Positions 50,241 to 60,129 of a stretch of DNA of 64,000 nt are shown piece after piece. The stretch is from positions 768,001 to 832,000 of the forward strand of contig CBDCVK010000010.1 in the NCBI GenBank assembly GCA_965223005.1. The letters are read 5' to 3'. The DNA is from Terriglobia bacterium. GTDB lineage: Bacteria; Acidobacteriota; Terriglobia; JAJPHL01; JAPKYU01. The position numbers and the translations under genes were made by a program. The number at the start of each line of letters is the position of its first letter. Within the stretch, counting starts at the first letter, position 1. The notes under the pieces were generated by a model that searched no databases, was not told the origin of the DNA, and worked only from the letters and a program-made list of their open reading frames with translations.

Positions 50241-51473
50241 CTACTTGCTGAGATACCGCAGAGTGTGCAAGCCCCGCCCCGGGGCGTAGCCGGTCATTTC
50301 CAGATACCCGTGAGCCACAGCGCGACGGCCCTGCTTGTTTCCCGTGGCGCGGGTAGCTCCTTCCCAATAGGTAACCCCAGTTGTTTCTCGGGTGACCAGT
50401 TCCTGAGCGCGAACCGCGGCGTGGACCTCCAGGTCCAGGTCCAGCTCCGGAACCTGGACCCGCCAGTCGAGCGGGTATTGGGCACCGCTGCGAGGACTTC
50501 GCCACCGCGCCCTTGGCTGAGGCAGCAGCCGCAACTGGGTGGCTCCCAGCACCCGTGGTGGCCCCCGCGGAGGAATGTAGGTGCCACCAGAGTGCGAAGC
50601 ACGGCCGTCTCGCCGCCGGAGTTGAAATAGCATCAGCTCCGAACCATCCTCAAATTGCAGGCTGAACCAGTCCCACCCGGATTGCTCCGGGGCGAGTTGG
50701 CTGGTGGAAAATTCATGATCCATCCACGCCAGACCGGAGACCGCGAACTCTTGCCCGCCCAAACGTATCGCTCCCGTAGCTTGCAAGCGGGAGAAGGAAT
50801 AGTAGTGAGACGCGTGCCCGACACCCGGGCCTTTGCGGCTGATTCCGTCGCGGCCGTGGATGACCGGCGGCTTCGCCGGCCGCAACTCCAGTCGCAGTGC
50901 GAAATCCCTGGCCGCTGCCTCCAGCCGGTGGTGCTTCGGGCTGATGGTGGTACTCCAATCGCCCACCCAGACGCGCGCTGCAACCTCCGACAGGGGTCCC
51001 GACAGTGGCTGCCCCGTGTCGGCAGTGGTGGCGCCCGCCAGTCCCAGCGCCCCGCGATGCATGCGCTGCGTGTAGCGGAAGGTGTCCTCCCGAATATCGG
51101 TCACCGCCACATGCGCCAGGTACAGGTGCTTGATGCGCCAGCGGGAAGAGTTTGGATACGGGTTGGCAATACCTTCCCGGAAGAAAGTCAGCTCAAACCC
51201 AAACGATCGCCCATCGGGCGTCTTCACATTGCCCGTGTAGTACCACCATTCGGTCCGGAAGTCGGGGTGCGAGAAGTGGTCGCGGGGAAACTCAAAGCGG
51301 TAGCCGGGCAGAGCCAGCCGAAACCGGCTCTCCTGGGCCAAACCGATGGCAGGCATAGCGGGGAGCGTGCAAAGCAGGAATCCTAGCGCCAGCGCAAATT
51401 TCCGGGTCGCCGTCTTAGTCCGGCAGCGTTGTCGTTCAGGGGGAACCCTCCCGGCCAAACCACGCGTTCGCAC
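50241..51473 (-). CDS. AttH/CrtC-like lipocalin-fold protein
   Basis: FPRDHFSHPDFRTEWWYYTG, SHYYS, WMDHEFS, GWDWFSL, YWEG, GYLEMTGY. Confidence 0.9.
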   Translation of the reverse strand: MRTRGLAGRVPPERQRCRTKTATRKFALALGFLLCTLPAMPAIGLAQESRFRLALPGYRFEFPRDHFSHPDFRTEWWYYTGNVKTPDGRSFGFELTFFREGIANPYPNSSRWRIKHLYLAHVAVTDIREDTFRYTQRMHRGALGLAGATTADTGQPLSGPLSEVAARVWVGDWSTTISPKHHRLEAAARDFALRLELRPAKPPVIHGRDGISRKGPGVGHASHYYSFSRLQATGAIRLGGQEFAVSGLAWMDHEFSTSQLAPEQSGWDWFSLQFEDGSELMLFQLRRRDGRASHSGGTYIPPRGPPRVLGATQLRLLPQPRARWRSPRSGAQYPLDWRVQVPELDLDLEVHAAVRAQELVTRETTGVTYWEGATRATGNKQGRRAVAHGYLEMTGYAPGRGLHTLRYLSK

Positions 51474-51476
51474 CGG

Positions 51477-52463
51477 TCACAACCGTATCGAGACGTGGGG
51501 CCGCCGCTCGAGATGGATGCTATCCACGAAGCGCACCTTGCCGGCGCTCCGGGTGAGCACCAGGGAGTGGGTCCGCGTCCCGTCGCCAAAAAAGCGGACG
51601 CCGCGCAGCAGGTTGCCGTCGGTCACGCCGGTGGCCGCAAATAGAATGTTGTTGCCGGGAGCCAGATCGTCGGTGGTGAAGATGGCTTTGGGATCCTTAA
51701 TGCCAACGCTTTGGATGCGCTCGCGCAGCTCCGGCCTGTCCACCACCAGCCGGGCCAGGATTTCCCCGTTCAAGCAGCGCAGGGCGGCGGCGGTTAGCAC
51801 GCCCTGCGCTGCTCCGCCCACTCCCATCAGAGCATGGACTGCGGTGCCCCGGACCGCAGCGGAAATACCAGCCGACAGGTCTCCCTCGTTAATCAAATGA
51901 ATTCGCGCGCCCGCCGCGCGAATTTCGCTAATGAGCTTTTTGTGCCGGGGACGATCCAGCACCACCACCACCAGGTCCTCCACCTCGCGGTCCAGGTGGC
52001 GCGCCAGGCGCTTTAAGTTCAGCGCCACCGGGGCATCCAGCTCCATGGCGCCCCGGCCCTCCGGCCCGACGATGATCTTGTCCATGTAGCACCGGGGAAC
52101 GTGCAGCAGGCCTCCAGGCTCGCTGGCCGCAAGCACCACCAGGGCGTTCGGGGCACCGGTGGAGCAGAGGCTGGCGCCCTCGAGCGGGTCGGCGGCGACC
52201 TCCACCTGGGGCAGCTTGGTGCTCTCGCCGCGCCCGACCTTCTCACCCACGTACAGCATGGGAGCTTTGCCCCGCTCTTCTTCGCCGATGGTGACGGTGC
52301 CCCTCATCGGCACGGTGTCCATCGCGCGCCGCATGGCCTCAACGGCTACCCGGTCAGAATGCTTCCGGTCGCCCATGCCCATGGTGTGAGCCGCCGCAAT
52401 GGCCGCTTGTTCGACCGCCTGTAGAAACCAAGGCGAAAGCTCGCGCTCGATCGGCCCTCCCAT
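51477..52463 (-). CDS. glpX: GlpX-like class II FBPase homolog with degenerate active site
   Basis: [34 protein letters not shown]; see findings for the substitutions. Confidence 0.85.
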   Translation of the reverse strand: MGGPIERELSPWFLQAVEQAAIAAAHTMGMGDRKHSDRVAVEAMRRAMDTVPMRGTVTIGEEERGKAPMLYVGEKVGRGESTKLPQVEVAADPLEGASLCSTGAPNALVVLAASEPGGLLHVPRCYMDKIIVGPEGRGAMELDAPVALNLKRLARHLDREVEDLVVVVLDRPRHKKLISEIRAAGARIHLINEGDLSAGISAAVRGTAVHALMGVGGAAQGVLTAAALRCLNGEILARLVVDRPELRERIQSVGIKDPKAIFTTDDLAPGNNILFAATGVTDGNLLRGVRFFGDGTRTHSLVLTRSAGKVRFVDSIHLERRPHVSIRL

Positions 52464-52473
52464 CGCTCTTCAT

Positions 52474-52511
52474 TACAGCACAGATGCCGGGATACAGCAT
52501 AGATGCCGGGA
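52474..52511 (+). repeat. 19-bp tandem duplication in the divergent promoter region
   Basis: TACAGCACAGATGCCGGGA followed by TACAGCATAGATGCCGGGA. Confidence 0.85.
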
Positions 52512-52688
52512 TGGAGCCAGCCACGCTCTAAGCGGCTCGCGATACTCAGCAGTCGGCGGGCAGCTAGGTAGTTCAACTAACCTGTCGGTTTGCCTGCCTG
52601 GCTCGCGTATGCTACCCCTGCGCGGCGTTCCGGCGCGGGCTGGTCGTGGCGGGGGCGGCCCCATCAGGGCATTACAACCTGCGATCTG

Positions 52689-54233
52689 ATGTCTATGCTT
52701 CCCAAAGTTGCTCTGGTAGGTGCTGGCCCTGGCGACCCCGGCCTGCTCACGGTGCGCGGTCGCGAGCTGCTGGAGCGCGCCGAGGTGGTAATCTACGACC
52801 ATCTGGCCAATCCGGTCCTGCTGGACTACGCGCTCCCGGAGGCCGAGCGTCTTTACGTTGGCAAACGATCGCGCCAGGACCCACAGTACCAGGAAAACAT
52901 CAACGCCCTGCTGCTGGAGAAGGCCCGAGCGGGAAGGCGCGTGGTGCGGCTGAAGGGCGGCGACCCGTTCATTTTCGGGCGCGGTGGCGAGGAAGCCGAA
53001 GCGCTCCGCGCTGCCGGCATCTCTTACGAGGTGGTGCCTGGCGTCACGGCCGGCTATGCGGTCCCGGCCTACGCCGGCATCCCCATCACCCAGCGCGAAG
53101 TCACCTCTGCCGTGGCCTTCGTCACCGGACACGCGGACCCGGAGACAGAGGAAAGCACGGTGCGCTGGGACCAACTGGCCACAGCCGCCAGCACGCTGGT
53201 GCTGTACATGGCGTGGGCGAACCTGGCAGCCATCGCGCGCAAGCTCATCCAGTGTGGCCGCCCGCCGGAAACGCCGGTGGCTGTGACCTGCCGGGGAACG
53301 ACTCCGTTGCAGCAAACCGTCACCGGAACGCTGGCCGATATTGCGGCGCGCGTGGCTGAGCGCGGCCTGAAGCCGCCCACCATCACCGTGGTGGGGGAGG
53401 TGGTTTCGCTGCGCGACACGCTGGCTTGGTTCGAGCGCCTGCCGCTGTTCGGCCGGCGCATTGTGGTGACTCGCGCGCGGAATCAGGCTGCCGCACTGGC
53501 CAGCGGCCTGCGCGAGCGTGGCGCCCTCGCGATTGAGCTGCCCACCATTGAGCTGCAGGACCCGAAGAGCTTCGCCCCGCTGGACCAAGCGGTACGCGAG
53601 CTGGAGGCGTATGACTGGCTGGTGTTTACCAGCGCCAACGGCGTGGAGAAATTCTTCGCCCGGCTGGAAGCTGCGGGGCGGGATGCGCGCGCCATCCGCG
53701 GTCGCGTTTGCGCCATCGGCCCGGCAACCGCCGACCGGCTCCGGGGCCACGGCGTGCGGGCCGACCGCATGGCCGCCGAGTACCGCGCCGAGGGCGTGCT
53801 GGCGGCACTGGCAGCGACAGCAACGCCCGAAGCCGCTTCGCCCAGCCAGACCCTAGCCGGGCAGCGCATCTTGATCCCACGCGCGGCAGTGGCCCGCGAC
53901 CTGCTGCCACGCGAACTTCAGGCCCGTGGCGCCCGCGTGGACGTGGTGGAAGCCTATCGGACGGTGGGGGCCGAAATTCCTACTCCGGTTTTGCGCGGGC
54001 TGGTGGAAGAGGGGGCTGACTTAATCACTTTCACCAGTTCTTCCACCGCGGAGAACTGCCCGGCCGAGCTGCGGACGATTCCGGCGGCTTCGATCGGGCC
54101 CATCACTACCGAAACCGCCAGGCGCCTGGGCTTCCAGGTGGTGGCGGAGGCGCAGGAGTACACGGTGGAAGGGCTGTTGGCTGCGCTGGAAGGCCATTTT
54201 GCGCATGCCCCGCAGCAGCCCGTGATAAAATAG
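52689..54233 (+). CDS. cobA: uroporphyrinogen-III C-methyltransferase / synthase fusion (CobA-HemD)
   Basis: LVGAGPGDPGLLT, RLKGGDPFIFGRGGEE; then VVTRAR, FTSANGV, AIGPAT, FTSSSTA. Confidence 0.95.
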   Translation: MSMLPKVALVGAGPGDPGLLTVRGRELLERAEVVIYDHLANPVLLDYALPEAERLYVGKRSRQDPQYQENINALLLEKARAGRRVVRLKGGDPFIFGRGGEEAEALRAAGISYEVVPGVTAGYAVPAYAGIPITQREVTSAVAFVTGHADPETEESTVRWDQLATAASTLVLYMAWANLAAIARKLIQCGRPPETPVAVTCRGTTPLQQTVTGTLADIAARVAERGLKPPTITVVGEVVSLRDTLAWFERLPLFGRRIVVTRARNQAAALASGLRERGALAIELPTIELQDPKSFAPLDQAVRELEAYDWLVFTSANGVEKFFARLEAAGRDARAIRGRVCAIGPATADRLRGHGVRADRMAAEYRAEGVLAALAATATPEAASPSQTLAGQRILIPRAAVARDLLPRELQARGARVDVVEAYRTVGAEIPTPVLRGLVEEGADLITFTSSSTAENCPAELRTIPAASIGPITTETARRLGFQVVAEAQEYTVEGLLAALEGHFAHAPQQPVIK

Positions 54234-54263
54234 TAGTTTGTCGCCCGCGTCCATCGGCGCCAA

Positions 54264-54962
54264 GTGCCCGACCCAAAGGCGGGCAGAGCCTGCTTGAGTC
54301 CCTACATCATCTTCGACGTTGTTGCCCTATTGTTTGCCATCAGCATCCACGAGTCCGCGCACGCCTGGTCGGCCAATCGCCTGGGCGATCCCACGGCGCG
54401 CCTGCTGGGGCGCATCACACTGAACCCGCTGCGCCACATTGACCCTATCGGCACGGTGCTGTTCCCCCTGATGCTGGCGTTTGCCGGCCTGCCCATCTTC
54501 GGCTGGGCTAAGCCCACTCCGGTGGACCTGCGGCACTTGCGCCACCCGCGGCGTGACGACATACTGGTCTCGGCGGCCGGCCCGGCCAGCAACTTCCTGG
54601 TGGCGCTGGTGGCGGTCCTCCTGCTCCTCGGCATGCGCCTGATGTCTCCTCAAGGGGCGGCCGTGGTCAACGGCCTGACCGCCGGCTTGGTTCGGGGCGA
54701 CTCGTTGCTGACGCCGATCGCGCTGCTGTTCTACCACTTTTTGTTTATTAACCTCCTGCTGGGGGTGTTCAACCTGATCCCGATTCCCCCGCTCGACGGC
54801 AGTCATATCCTGTCCGGACTGCTGCCCGACCGGCTGCGCTCGCTTTATTCTGAGGTAGGCCGCTTCGGCTTCTTGCTGCTGTTGCTCCTGCTGTGGACCG
54901 GTGTTCCCTACCGACTCTTCTCGCCCGTGCTCGGGCTGTTTCATTCCCTGCTGAGGTTGTAA
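54264..54962 (+). CDS. site-2 protease (M50)
   Basis: HESAH, AAGPASN, FNLIPIPPLDG; start uncertain. Confidence 0.92.
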   Translation: MPDPKAGRACLSPYIIFDVVALLFAISIHESAHAWSANRLGDPTARLLGRITLNPLRHIDPIGTVLFPLMLAFAGLPIFGWAKPTPVDLRHLRHPRRDDILVSAAGPASNFLVALVAVLLLLGMRLMSPQGAAVVNGLTAGLVRGDSLLTPIALLFYHFLFINLLLGVFNLIPIPPLDGSHILSGLLPDRLRSLYSEVGRFGFLLLLLLLWTGVPYRLFSPVLGLFHSLLRL

Positions 54963-54968
54963 ACGCGA

Positions 54969-56021
54969 GTGCCCCGGAAACGCCAGGAACGCCAGAAAAG
55001 AGTGCTGAGCGGAATGCGGCCCTCCGGCAAGCTCCACGTGGGCAACTACCTGGGGGCGCTGGTGAACTGGGTGAAGATGCAGGAGGAGTTCGACTGCTTC
55101 TTCTTCATTGCCGACTGGCACGCGCTGACCACCGACTACGCCGACACCCACCAATTGAAGGAGAACACTCTGGAGGTGATCATCGACTGGCTGGCTTGCG
55201 GCCTGGACCCGGCCCGCGCCACCCTGTTCGTGCAGTCGCACGTGCCCCAGCACGCCGAGCTGCATCTGCTATTGTCCATGATTACCCCACTGGGCTGGCT
55301 CTATCGCGTGCCCACTTACAAGGAGCAGCGCGAGCAGATCCGAGACAAGGACCTGGACACCTATGGGTTCCTGGGCTACCCCGTGCTGCAGTCGGCCGAT
55401 ATCCTGATGTACAAGGCCGACCTGGTTCCGGTGGGCGAGGACCAGGTGGCGCACGTGGAGTTGACGCGCGAGATTGTGCGGCGTTTCAACAGCTTTTTCC
55501 CGTTGCCCGAAGGTGGCGTCGTGTTCCCCGAGCCACAAGCCTATCTGACACCCTCGCCGCGCATACCTGGCCTGGACGGCCGCAAAATGTCGAAAAGTTA
55601 CGGCAATGCCATCCTGCTCAGCGAGCCGGAAGGCGAGATGCGCAAAAAGATCGCTACCATGATGACCGACCCGGCCCGGAAGCGGCGCAGCGACCCAGGT
55701 AATCCCGAGGTTTGTCCGGTATTCGACTACCATAAGGTGGTCTCGCCACCCGAGGTGATCGGGTGGGCCGACCAAGGCTGCCGGACCGCTGGGATCGGCT
55801 GCCTCGATTGCAAGCAGGCCATGGCCGATGGGCTGGTCAAACTCCTGAACCCCATCCAGCAGCGCCGGCGTGCTTACGAAGAGGAGCCGCATCGCGCCTG
55901 GCAGGTGCTTGAGGAAGGCGGCGAACGAGCCCGTGCTGCGGCCCGCACCATCATGCAGGAGGCACACGCCGCTACCCGGATGACCCATCAGTTCCCCGCC
56001 CGAAAACCCGCCTCCGAGTGA
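54969..56021 (+). CDS. trpS: tryptophan--tRNA ligase
   Basis: SGMRPSGKLHVGNYLG, YPVLQSADI, VPVGEDQ, KMSKS. Confidence 0.97.
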   Translation: MPRKRQERQKRVLSGMRPSGKLHVGNYLGALVNWVKMQEEFDCFFFIADWHALTTDYADTHQLKENTLEVIIDWLACGLDPARATLFVQSHVPQHAELHLLLSMITPLGWLYRVPTYKEQREQIRDKDLDTYGFLGYPVLQSADILMYKADLVPVGEDQVAHVELTREIVRRFNSFFPLPEGGVVFPEPQAYLTPSPRIPGLDGRKMSKSYGNAILLSEPEGEMRKKIATMMTDPARKRRSDPGNPEVCPVFDYHKVVSPPEVIGWADQGCRTAGIGCLDCKQAMADGLVKLLNPIQQRRRAYEEEPHRAWQVLEEGGERARAAARTIMQEAHAATRMTHQFPARKPASE

Positions 56022-56252
56022 AACAACCACGTTTCGTATCAAGGGCGTGCGCTTCGCCGCCGCAGAAATTAACCTGAATCCTCGATCACGAAACTCGCAT
56101 CTCAGCACCCAGGGGTGGCGACTGTACTGCCGGGCCGGTGCGCGCGCATTCGCAGCAAGAACCTACCCGGCGGAGAAAGTGGTCGTTCCCCTTTTTGGTG
56201 GATGCTGATATAATTAGTCACAAAGCTTCCAGTTCAGCAGCGAGGTGGGTAC

Positions 56253-56942
56253 ATGGCTGAGCGGATCGAGAACCATCTTTTTGTTTTCGCAGGATTGTCG
56301 CCGGAGGAAGCCAAGCGCTTGTTGCAGGGTTCCCGGCTGCGTAGATATACCGCTGGCGAGACGGTCTACGAGGCGGGCGAACCCCAGACGGCCTTGCTGC
56401 TGCTTCTACAGGGGGCAGTCAAGGTCTGGGTTCCCCAACCGCGCCCGCTCATCCTGGAGATCGTGCTGCCCGGAGAGTCGTTCGGCGACTTCTGCCAGGA
56501 TGGCCAGGGCCGTGGTGCGGAGGAGGCGGAAGCACTGGAGCCGTCAGTGGTGCGCGCCTTTCCTTTTGCGCGGCTACTCGCCGGCAGCCCCAATGGCACC
56601 CAGCCCACGCTGGGCCAGCGGCTGCTGGGCCTGTACTGCCGGCGCGCCGCCCAGGCCCGCTATCTCTGGTGCAGCGGGGTGAGCGAGGATGTGCCGCAGC
56701 GGGTGGCTCGCCGCCTGCTGGAACTGTTGCGCCACGTCCCGGATGGGCCCGGCATGGCCGCCGTTCCGGTGCGCCTGCGCCAGGAGGACTTGGCCTATCT
56801 GGTGGGTGCCACCCGCACTACGGTTTCGGAAATCCTCAACGATTTCGAGCGCCGTGGCCTGGTGGAGCTCAAGCGCGCCAGCTTCCGGGTCGATCGCCGT
56901 AAGATCCAGCAGACTCTCTGGCCTTCACGGAGTGCCGCCTAG
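56253..56942 (+). CDS. Crp/Fnr family regulator
   Basis: cNMP-like domain (PGESFGD) and HTH QEDLAYLVGATRTTVSEIL. Confidence 0.9.
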   Translation: MAERIENHLFVFAGLSPEEAKRLLQGSRLRRYTAGETVYEAGEPQTALLLLLQGAVKVWVPQPRPLILEIVLPGESFGDFCQDGQGRGAEEAEALEPSVVRAFPFARLLAGSPNGTQPTLGQRLLGLYCRRAAQARYLWCSGVSEDVPQRVARRLLELLRHVPDGPGMAAVPVRLRQEDLAYLVGATRTTVSEILNDFERRGLVELKRASFRVDRRKIQQTLWPSRSAA

Positions 56943-57143
56943 GGCGCTTCACCGGCCATTTCTAGCCGGGCGGGTGTCACGGCGTTCGCGCACTCGTGGC
57001 GCGACGGGAGCGCTTTCGTACTCCAGTGGCACGCCCGTAAGACCCAGCCCGTCCACTTGCACCCGGATTTGCTGAGCGCGGACGAGCTGCGCTCCGTTCA
57101 GGGCTTTGACGTGGCTCGGGCGCGGCAGGTAAGCTGAAGGCGT

Positions 57144-58016
57144 ATGGACGGCGTGCTGGTGCTGGACAAACCGGCGGGCATTACTTCGCACGATGTGGTG
57201 CATCAGGCCCGACGTATCCTTTCGATCAAACGCGTCGGGCACCTGGGGACACTGGACCCGATAGCCACCGGCGTTCTGCCGCTGGTGGTGGGCCGCGCCA
57301 CCCGCCTGGCGCAGTTCTACCGCGACCGAGACAAGCTCTACGAAGGCTCGATGCGGCTAGGTTTTGCCACGGATACGTACGACCGCACCGGCACCCCAAC
57401 GACCCCAGAGATGACTCCGGAGGTTTCCACTGAGGACCTGGAGGTCGTGCTTCGCGAACTCAGAGGCGAGTACGACCAGCAGCCGCCGCCCGTCTCGGCC
57501 AAGAAGGTGGGGGGTGTGAAGGCCTATGAGCTGGCGCGCCGGCGCCAACAGGTGGAGCTGCCATCGGTGCGCGTGCACGTGAAGGAGTTAACACTGCTTG
57601 CCTGGGAGCCGCCGCGGCTGCACTTCCGTGTTCTGTGCTCAGGCGGAGCCTACGTGCGCTCTCTGGTGCACGACCTCGGGCGACGGCTGAGCTGCGGGGC
57701 GCACGTGGCCGAGCTGCGCCGCCTGGCCTCGGGCGAGTTCACGGACAGGGAGGCACTGACGCTGGAGCGGCTGCGCCGGTTGCAGGCCGAGCAGCGGGTT
57801 GCTGAGGCGCTTCTGCCCACCGCATCGCTGCTGCCGGAATTCCCCGTCTACAAGCTGCCGCCGGCGGCGGTGGCCACCGTGCTGCATGGCCACGACTTCC
57901 GCACGTTCCCACCGGTTACCTGGCAGCGCATCAAGGTGCTGGCCCCCGACGGCCGCCTGCTGGCCATCGCCGAGCGCGGCACGGCCGGCTTCTATCACCC
58001 CTCGATCGTTCTATAG
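57144..58016 (+). CDS. truB: tRNA pseudouridine(55) synthase
   Basis: DKPAGITSHD, GHLGTLDPIATGVL, SAKKVGG, LRR. Confidence 0.96.
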   Translation: MDGVLVLDKPAGITSHDVVHQARRILSIKRVGHLGTLDPIATGVLPLVVGRATRLAQFYRDRDKLYEGSMRLGFATDTYDRTGTPTTPEMTPEVSTEDLEVVLRELRGEYDQQPPPVSAKKVGGVKAYELARRRQQVELPSVRVHVKELTLLAWEPPRLHFRVLCSGGAYVRSLVHDLGRRLSCGAHVAELRRLASGEFTDREALTLERLRRLQAEQRVAEALLPTASLLPEFPVYKLPPAAVATVLHGHDFRTFPPVTWQRIKVLAPDGRLLAIAERGTAGFYHPSIVL

Positions 58017-58751
58017 CCAGGAACGGTCATGGCATCTTCGGATCATGGCGTTATGATTTGTGTTTCCTGACAGCCTGTTAGGTTCTACGCTATGGCGAGT
58101 TCCGAGCCTGGTTTTGGGTAGACGCGCTTCTTCCTGTGCCAATCGGTTCGGGCTGCTGTTCAGCGCCGGATTCCCCGTGGAGGTATCCATCAGCAGAGCG
58201 ATGGGGTGGTCGAAGTCAGGAGTCTCCAGCACTTCGACGCGCCACAGGCCGGCGCGTTTGACCAATACGGCACGCCCCTCGTATTCTTCATTCGGCACGG
58301 GGGATTTGGAAAGCAAGGCCTGTGCAGGGGAAGTGACCTCGGTCCAGTGGTAGCGGAAACGTACGCCGCGCCGCCCTTCACGGTCCTGAAAGCCTTCCAG
58401 GTTGCTGATCACCCGGCGGCCGGCACCAACCACCGAGGCAATCTCACCGCGAGTTTCGGCGAAATAGGCGCGTCCTTTTCCCTCCAGCACCATTCCCTCG
58501 GGAGTCCATTTCCAAAATCCAGCCCGCACACCTCGTCCCAAAAACCCCAGCGGGTCATATTCGATCGTGCGCGAGAACCGGAGCGGGAATTCCGGCACGC
58601 GAAACGGCTCAAAGCTTTCGATCGCCTGCCGAATCTCGCGCTCGCTCTTGCCGGTCAACAGCAGCCAGGGAAGAGAAATCAGCACCACCACCAATCCCAG
58701 TAACTGGGGGAGTCCCAGTGGCAAGCGGCGCAGCGGATTCACTCGGGTCAC
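58011..58751 (-). CDS. membrane-anchored hypothetical protein
   Basis: 246-aa ORF with an N-terminal TM helix; fills the gap between truB and the S41-like gene. Confidence 0.55.
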   Translation of the reverse strand: MTRVNPLRRLPLGLPQLLGLVVVLISLPWLLLTGKSEREIRQAIESFEPFRVPEFPLRFSRTIEYDPLGFLGRGVRAGFWKWTPEGMVLEGKGRAYFAETRGEIASVVGAGRRVISNLEGFQDREGRRGVRFRYHWTEVTSPAQALLSKSPVPNEEYEGRAVLVKRAGLWRVEVLETPDFDHPIALLMDTSTGNPALNSSPNRLAQEEARLPKTRLGTRHSVEPNRLSGNTNHNAMIRRCHDRSWL

Positions 58752-58855
58752 AATTCAGGTGTGGTATATAAAATGAGGAATTAATAGAGAATAAAGCGCA
58801 GGTAAGAATTAATTTTAATTTCTAATTCTTCACGCTTTTCAGTCACAACTTTAGT

Positions 58856-60064
58856 CTAGGCGGCTTTCTTCTGGGCCTGGTTTTTGAGAACCTCCAGCGC
58901 CCGCTTGAGCACAGTATCTTCCGGCGTGGGTTCTCGTCCGGGTTCCCGCTCCTCATCCACCCAGGGGCCCTCCTCCAGCAGCGCGTCGGTGACCGCTACG
59001 TTGGGGGTGATGCCGAGGCCCTGAATGGCCTTGCCGCCGGGCGTATAGTACTTGGCCACCGAGAGGATCAAGGCAGCTCCATCGTCCAGCGGGATTACCT
59101 GCTGCACCGAGCCCAGCCCGTAGGTTTTTTCCCCGACCACATCTCCGCGCCCGTTTTCCAGAATCGCCGAGGCCACCACCTCCGCGGCGCCCGCGGTGCC
59201 TCGGTTCACAAGGACCACCATGGGGAGCTTCAGAAGGAATTTGGAGGGTTCCGCAGCAAAGGTCCGACGAGGATACTTCTGGCCTTCCAGGTAGGTGATC
59301 ACCCCGTGGTCCAGAAACAGGTTGGCCGCAGCGATTCCTTCGCTGATCTCTCCTTCGGCCGCGCCCCGCAGGTCCAGGACCAAGCGCTGAGCCCCGCTGC
59401 TAATGAGCCGGAGCGCGTGGGAAGCAAGCTCGCTGGCTTTCCCCTCGGGGAAGCCTTCTACCTGGAGATAGCCGATGCCCGGTTCCAGAGTCTTGAAAGT
59501 GACCGACGGAAATGTCACTTCCTCACGCTGGAGCGCCAGTTTTTGCGGTTCCCCTCGGCGGACACGCACTACGGAAAGGTTGACCACCGTGCCCGGTTCC
59601 CCGGCGAGGGTTCTTTTAATTTCTTCTAGTGACATTTCCCGAGTGGAAGTACCGTTCAGCCCTTCAACAATGTCCCCGGACTGGAGCCCGGCCTGCGCGG
59701 CCGGCCCGTCGCGGATGACGCTGACAACAGATGCGTAACCGAATTTCTTGGAAACGACGAGACCCAGGTTGCCTTTGCTGCTCGCCTGGCGCCTCTGATA
59801 CTCCAGGTATTCGTTGGGGCTCAAGTAACTGCTGAACGGATCCAGCGATTCCAGCAAGCCATGCAGGGCTCCCTTGGTTACGTTGTTCAGATCCGGCTCT
59901 TCCACATAATCGTTGCGAATTTTTGACAATACCTCGCTGTAAACTGCCAGCTGACGGTACGCGCCTTCTGAAGGAAGGGTCTTCCCGAGCACTCCTCCAA
60001 TCACGATCAGCGCCGCTAGTACGGTGCTCGACCACACTACAACCGCTCTGCCTCGACGATTCAT
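58856..60064 (-). CDS. S41/CtpA-like PDZ peptidase homolog, catalytic dyad apparently lost
   Basis: YVEE, LDPFSSYL, PDZ (GPAAQAGLQSGD), VLDLRG, YYTPGG, GITPN; see findings. Confidence 0.88.
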   Translation of the reverse strand: MNRRGRAVVVWSSTVLAALIVIGGVLGKTLPSEGAYRQLAVYSEVLSKIRNDYVEEPDLNNVTKGALHGLLESLDPFSSYLSPNEYLEYQRRQASSKGNLGLVVSKKFGYASVVSVIRDGPAAQAGLQSGDIVEGLNGTSTREMSLEEIKRTLAGEPGTVVNLSVVRVRRGEPQKLALQREEVTFPSVTFKTLEPGIGYLQVEGFPEGKASELASHALRLISSGAQRLVLDLRGAAEGEISEGIAAANLFLDHGVITYLEGQKYPRRTFAAEPSKFLLKLPMVVLVNRGTAGAAEVVASAILENGRGDVVGEKTYGLGSVQQVIPLDDGAALILSVAKYYTPGGKAIQGLGITPNVAVTDALLEEGPWVDEEREPGREPTPEDTVLKRALEVLKNQAQKKAA

Positions 60065-60129
60065 GATGTGGAAACGTCTCCTCTGGATGCGATGAGCAGT
60101 CTCCGGAGCCTCGTAGTATAACACGCCTG

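Noticed and set aside
56940-57137. Amber read-through extension of the Crp/Fnr gene
   Set aside because: The frame stays open for about 64 codons after TAG, but this is plausible by chance at this GC, the Crp fold is already complete, and no pyl genes are seen.
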